Shown: positions 49,516-54,135 of the stretch, piece after piece | Layout of the letters: every line of letters starts with the position of its first letter | How positions within the stretch are numbered: the stretch's first letter is position 1 | From: an uncultured Herbinix sp. | GTDB taxonomy: Bacteria > Bacillota > Clostridia > Lachnospirales > Lachnospiraceae | Assembly (NCBI GenBank): GCA_964391115.1 | Contig: CAYMLE010000002.1 | Location: 1 to 54,135, forward strand | Reading direction: 5' to 3' | Length of the DNA stretch: 54,135 nt | The notes under the pieces: generated by a model | What the model saw: only the letters and a program-made list of their open reading frames with translations | The model's database searches: none | Told to the model about the DNA's origin: nothing | Made by a program: the position numbers and the translations under genes

Positions 49516-51567
49516 ATGAAAAAGTTGAAATTTCATATTGTTTTTTATTTAGTGATTTTCCTGATTATCAGTTATTTATATTGCTTGCATATCCGCTCTA
49601 TGAATACATTTATAACGGGAGATCATACAGCAATCATTGTGGTTGTAAATATTGCGATAGTCACTCTACTTATTCTGTTTATGTATATCATTTTTAAACA
49701 GAATATTAGATTGCGGATAGAAAAGAATAAACTATCCGAATTTAATGAATTGCTAAGCGAAAAGGAGGAGTTGTTTCGTACCCTTTTTAAGCAATCCCCC
49801 TATGGAATCACTTTTGGTAATTTTAAAAACAATATCTTAGATGCGAACGATATGTTTGTTAATATTATTGGTCGAAGTATTGATGAGTTGAAAAACATGA
49901 ATTGGACCGACATTACACATCCAGAAGATATTAAGAAAGATATGGATTACTTTGATCAATTTAAGGCCGGTGAGATCAATGAGTATACCATGATGAAACG
50001 ATATCTACGCTCAGATAACTCTGCTATTTGGGTGAATATGAATGTTGCACGGCTTCAACTACTCAATCATAGTGATGAGGAATTAAGTCACATCTGTACG
50101 GTGGAGGATATAACGGACAAGATCCAGACACAGGCTGATCTTGAGGAAAGTGAGAGAAGTGTTGCTATGTTATTGTCGAATCTACCTGGTATGGCTTATC
50201 GTTGTAAGCTAGATAGAGATTGGACGATGGAATTTGTATCGGAGGGTTGCTTTGAGTTAACTGGTTATCCTTCGGAAAGTCTGGTGCAGAATAAAGTGAT
50301 TAGCTTCAATGCGCTAATCAATGGTGAACATCAGGATTTCTTATGGAAAAAATGGAATGAGGTACTTAAAAATGGGACCATATTCAAGGAAGAGTATGCG
50401 ATAACAACTGCGTCGAAGGAGATAAAATGGGTATATGAACAAGGCCAGGGCGTTTATAATGAGCATGGAGAGATCGCCGCAATCGAAGGTTTGATTATTG
50501 ATATCTCAAACCAGAAGAAAAGGGAGGATGAAATTCGATATCTGACCTATCATGATGTATTGACGGGGCTTTTTAATCGTAGATATTTTGAAGAGGCAAA
50601 GACAATATTGGATGAACAAGATAAGTATCCACTATCAGTAATTGTCGGTGATATCAATGGTTTGAAATTCATCAACTCTGCCATTGGCCATCAGGAGGGA
50701 GATGGCCTGATTATTCAGGCATCGAAACTTCTGTCTAGCTGCTGCAGATCCAAGGATGTTCTGGCAAGAACGGGTGGGGATGAACTCTCTATCCTGATGC
50801 CGAACACAACCTATGAAGAGGCAAACCAGGTAGTCCATCTAATCGGTAAGTTATGCGAGAGGCAACAGGATGAAAATATAGAGAACCCCTATCATCTTAG
50901 TATATCCGTTGGGTGCGCAACCAAGTATAATGAAACAACAAAACTAGCCAGTATTATTAAAGAAGCAGAAGAAAACATGTATCGCCATAAGATGCTTCAA
51001 AAAAAGAGCCTTCATAGTTCAATTATCTCTACCATGAGATCCTCCCTTAATGAAAAAAGTCAGGAAACAGAGGAACATGCCAATCGATTAATTGAGTTAT
51101 CCAAAGAGATCGGGATAAATCTTAAGCTGTCCGAAGAACAGCTTAATGAATTAGAACTTCTATCTACCTTACATGATATAGGAAAAATAGGTATCCGTGA
51201 TAGTATACTTAATAAACAAGATACTCTGACTAATGATGAATGGTTGGAGATGAAGAAGCATCCGGAGATGGGCCATCGCATTGCAATGGCAACTCCAGAG
51301 TTAGCACCAATAGCAGATTATATACTGAACCATCATGAACGATGGGATGGGCAAGGATATCCCAATGGTAAGAAGGAGGAAGAAATCCCTCTTTTATCTA
51401 GAATTATTACGATTGTTGATTCCTATGATGCTATGACCTCCGATCGGCCATATCGGAAAGCGCAGTCCATAGAAACTGCTTTAGAGGAAATCCGTAGGAA
51501 TGCAGGTACGCAATTTGATCCGTATATTGCGGAATTATTTATAGAACTGATTCGTAAAAAGTATTAA
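49516..51567 (+). CDS. Membrane PAS-PAS-GGDEF-HD-GYP c-di-GMP enzyme
   Basis: 2 TM segments, PAS motifs (ITHPED, NLPGMAY), GGDEL, HDIGK, HHERWDGQGYP. Confidence 0.92.
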   Translation: MKKLKFHIVFYLVIFLIISYLYCLHIRSMNTFITGDHTAIIVVVNIAIVTLLILFMYIIFKQNIRLRIEKNKLSEFNELLSEKEELFRTLFKQSPYGITFGNFKNNILDANDMFVNIIGRSIDELKNMNWTDITHPEDIKKDMDYFDQFKAGEINEYTMMKRYLRSDNSAIWVNMNVARLQLLNHSDEELSHICTVEDITDKIQTQADLEESERSVAMLLSNLPGMAYRCKLDRDWTMEFVSEGCFELTGYPSESLVQNKVISFNALINGEHQDFLWKKWNEVLKNGTIFKEEYAITTASKEIKWVYEQGQGVYNEHGEIAAIEGLIIDISNQKKREDEIRYLTYHDVLTGLFNRRYFEEAKTILDEQDKYPLSVIVGDINGLKFINSAIGHQEGDGLIIQASKLLSSCCRSKDVLARTGGDELSILMPNTTYEEANQVVHLIGKLCERQQDENIENPYHLSISVGCATKYNETTKLASIIKEAEENMYRHKMLQKKSLHSSIISTMRSSLNEKSQETEEHANRLIELSKEIGINLKLSEEQLNELELLSTLHDIGKIGIRDSILNKQDTLTNDEWLEMKKHPEMGHRIAMATPELAPIADYILNHHERWDGQGYPNGKKEEEIPLLSRIITIVDSYDAMTSDRPYRKAQSIETALEEIRRNAGTQFDPYIAELFIELIRKKY

Positions 51568-51581
51568 TTTTATATTAGGTA

Positions 51582-51612
51582 TTGACTTTGACGTTACGTA
51601 AAGGTTTATAGT
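51582..51612 (+). promoter_or_regulatory. MerR-type promoter with 19-bp spacer and dyad
   Basis: TTGACT, 19 bp, TATAGT; dyad ACTTTGACGT/ACGTAAAGGT within the spacer. Confidence 0.85.
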
Positions 51613-51676
51613 GAATTTGTAAGAAGTTGATACTGAAAAGCGGAGTTTATTAAACATCGCAGAAATGAGGATATGA

Positions 51677-52441
51677 GTGGAATATACAGTGCAAAAACTG
51701 GGCAGCCTAGCTGGAATCAGCACCAGGACCCTTCGATATTATGACGAGGTTGGAATTCTTAAGCCGGCTAGAATCAATTCCTCTGGATATCGAATTTATG
51801 GAGAAGGTGAAGTGAATCGACTACAGCAGATCCTATTTTATCGGGAGTTGGGGGTCAGTATTGAGGACATAAAGGATATCATGAATTCTGATTCCTTTGA
51901 TGAAACCGAAGCCTTGAAAAGCCATCATGAAAAACTTCTTGCAAAACGAAGACAGATTGACCAGTTAATAACTAATGTTGAGAAGACATTAGCACGGTCT
52001 GAAGGGAGAATAATTATGAGTGATAGAGAGAAGTTTGAAGGTTTTAAAAAAGATCTGATTGATGAGAACGAGAAGAAGTATGGAAAAGAAATCAGAGAAA
52101 AATACGGAGAAGATACCGTTCAAGCATCCAATGCAAAGATGTTTAAGATGACAAAAGAGGAATACGAAGCATTTGAAAAGCTCAGTCAGGAGGTTCTTGA
52201 TACGTTAGCGGAGGCTTATAAAACTGGAGATCCAGCAGGAGAACTGGCACAAAGGGCTGCAGAGCTTCACAAGCAGTGGCTTATGTATACTTGGGCTAAA
52301 TATAGCAAGGAGGCCCATGCAGGTCTTGCCCAAATGTATGTTGATGATGAGAGATTCACAGCTTATTATGATGAAAATCAACCTGGAACAGCGAAGTTTC
52401 TAAGAGATGCAGTATTCATCTACACTGGCATGAGTAATTAA
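51677..52441 (+). CDS. MerR-family regulator with TipAS domain (Mta/TipA-like)
   Basis: STRTLRYYDEVGIL, GYRIY, C-terminal MYVDDERF. Confidence 0.92.
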   Translation: MEYTVQKLGSLAGISTRTLRYYDEVGILKPARINSSGYRIYGEGEVNRLQQILFYRELGVSIEDIKDIMNSDSFDETEALKSHHEKLLAKRRQIDQLITNVEKTLARSEGRIIMSDREKFEGFKKDLIDENEKKYGKEIREKYGEDTVQASNAKMFKMTKEEYEAFEKLSQEVLDTLAEAYKTGDPAGELAQRAAELHKQWLMYTWAKYSKEAHAGLAQMYVDDERFTAYYDENQPGTAKFLRDAVFIYTGMSN

Positions 52442-52469
52442 ATAGTGCTATCTATATCATATTATAATA

Positions 52470-52530
52470 GATTGACCTGATAACGCATACAATGGTAATC
52501 ATCGTTGCATTATCGGGTCAATTTATGTTT
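52470..52530 (+). terminator. Probable terminator
   Basis: ATTGACCTGATAA...TTATCGGGTCAAT. Confidence 0.6.
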
Positions 52531-52721
52531 ACACCAATACATACGGAAGCAATGAATTTTAAATTCATATAGGGAATAATTAAAATAGTCATAAAGTTGA
52601 TATCTGCGTAGAAATGTAATATAATCATAATCAATATATAAAAAGATGGTTTCGGTGTTATAAGTCATCCTATTATTGATATTAATAATAATAATAATAA
52701 AATACGTATCTGAAGTAGGGA

Positions 52722-53330
52722 ATGAAAATGAAAAATAAAAGAACTACCCATCGTAAAATAAATAAGCTTAAAAACGACCGTTGCAGAAATGTTTACATAG
52801 TGCTTACTCAGACTCAAACTTATCCTGCAAGGGCAATTCATCTATATACCAATGAGCCTTATGCTCATGCATCCCTAGCTTTCGATGATGATTTAGCAGA
52901 GATGTACAGCTTTGCTAGGCGAGGGATTCGAAACCCATTTAACGCCGGATTCATTGAAGAGGATATTAATGAAGGCGTATTTGGTAAATGTAGGTCCACC
53001 ACCTGTAATATATACCAACTAAAAATAACGGAACAGCAATATATTAAGTTAAGGGAAGAAATTGAGATTTTCAAGCAAAACAAGGATGATTATTCCTATA
53101 ACTTCTTAGGACTTTTGGCCGCAGCAGTTAACATACCTATTAAAGCAAAACAAAGATATTTTTGCTCCCAGTTTGTAGCCTATGTTTTAGACCGTAGTGG
53201 AATACATATTTTTAATAAAAATTATGCGCTGGTTAAACCCAGAGATATCCGATTAAATCCCAGACTTAAGTCGATCTACCGGGGAAAGCTTTGCGAGTAT
53301 CGGATCGCCAAAGATCCTGTTATTAATTAA
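52722..53330 (+). CDS. Hypothetical protein, permuted papain-like (NlpC/P60 YiiX-type) motifs
   Basis: YAHAS (His) precedes Y.YN and YFCSQFV (Cys). Confidence 0.6.
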   Translation: MKMKNKRTTHRKINKLKNDRCRNVYIVLTQTQTYPARAIHLYTNEPYAHASLAFDDDLAEMYSFARRGIRNPFNAGFIEEDINEGVFGKCRSTTCNIYQLKITEQQYIKLREEIEIFKQNKDDYSYNFLGLLAAAVNIPIKAKQRYFCSQFVAYVLDRSGIHIFNKNYALVKPRDIRLNPRLKSIYRGKLCEYRIAKDPVIN

Positions 53331-53333
53331 GGA

Positions 53334-53876
53334 TTACAGGCTTTTGTTTCGTTCTGGATCCATAGATGCTTTCGCTTCTTCGAATTTGTGTTTGCCAATA
53401 TGACAATATCCATTTGGATTCTTGTCTAGATATTTTTGATGATACTCCTCTGCGAGATAGTAGTTTTGCAGGGGTAATACTTCGATCGCAATGGGTTTCT
53501 CATAATTGTTTTGTAATTCTTCAATCGAATGTTTGATTATAGGAAGGTCTTCTTCGGAGACATAATAGATTCCAGTTCTATACTGGGAACCAATATCTCC
53601 ACCCTGCTTATTTACGGAAGTGGGATTAATTACATCATAATATAAACTAAGTATAAACTCCAACCGAATTAGTTTTGCATCATAAAATACACGGACAGTT
53701 TCAGCATGTCCGGTATCATTATGGCAAACCTCATGATAGGTTGGATTTTCTGTATTGCCATTGGCATACCCTACATCGGTTCGGATTATGCCCGGTATTT
53801 CAGAAAGATATTTTTCTGTACCCCAGAAACATCCCCCGGCTAGATATATTTCTCTTTGATTATCGATTTGATTCAT
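53334..53876 (-). CDS. msrA: Peptide-methionine (S)-S-oxide reductase
   Basis: AGGCFWG, GHAE, QYRTGIY, AEEYHQKYL. Confidence 0.95.
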   Translation of the reverse strand: MNQIDNQREIYLAGGCFWGTEKYLSEIPGIIRTDVGYANGNTENPTYHEVCHNDTGHAETVRVFYDAKLIRLEFILSLYYDVINPTSVNKQGGDIGSQYRTGIYYVSEEDLPIIKHSIEELQNNYEKPIAIEVLPLQNYYLAEEYHQKYLDKNPNGYCHIGKHKFEEAKASMDPERNKSL

Positions 53877-54135
53877 ATAATACACCCTTTCTATGTTGTA
53901 GATACTCTATAGCGGCAAATAAAGCCTGTCATATTTGAGATTAGTGCACAAATGAGAACACTAAGACTAGAGTGGTTATTTGTAGCTTAGTAATACGATT
54001 CTACATTTTCTCTATTGAAAAATCAAGTAGAAGGTTATGTTCTGCTCGTCTTAGAATGGATAGCATTGGTTATGCTATCAAACGTTAATAGAAGATAAGA
54101 TAAAAAGAAGATAATATAATATAAGATAAGATAAA

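Noticed and set aside
2187-53938. Numerous 60-170 aa ORFs antisense to or overlapping long genes
   Set aside because: They lack RBS and motifs and are shadows of well-supported genes
1-54135. Complete TAG reassignment (genetic code 15-like)
   Set aside because: Ten genes end at TAG at plausible C-termini, one directly followed by a terminator (13775)
54085-54135. AAGAT/AATAT low-complexity run
   Set aside because: Truncated by the window edge; simple AT-rich sequence

Overview
AT-rich chromosomal window from a spore-forming Clostridia/Lachnospiraceae-like bacterium (taxon inferred from gene content and promoter style). It holds about 48 housekeeping and accessory genes: transporters, regulators, tyrS, phosphoketolase, GH3, purE, msrA and an MBOAT/DHHW O-acylation operon. 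No rRNA, tRNA, CRISPR array, prophage or transposase is visible. Main anomaly: four in-frame TAG codons split three otherwise intact genes (PadR at 1890, a lipoprotein at 10767, DHHW protein at 12756 and 12807). I saw no internal TAA/TGA or frameshifts, and ten other genes end normally on TAG. This fits context-dependent amber readthrough (pyrrolysine or a Lys/Gln suppressor), but recent nonsense decay or base-calling error is not excluded. Second highlight: an unannotated 25-aa leader peptide with CCCMC plus a terminator precedes a CjaA-type cysteine ABC operon, a candidate cysteine attenuator. Other cis-regulatory RNAs: fluoride riboswitch, Tyr T-box and a probable guanidine-IV riboswitch. 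A DUF2294(MpsC)-purE-DUF4914 cluster may be a CO2/bicarbonate-linked module. All family calls come from recognised motifs, not database searches.
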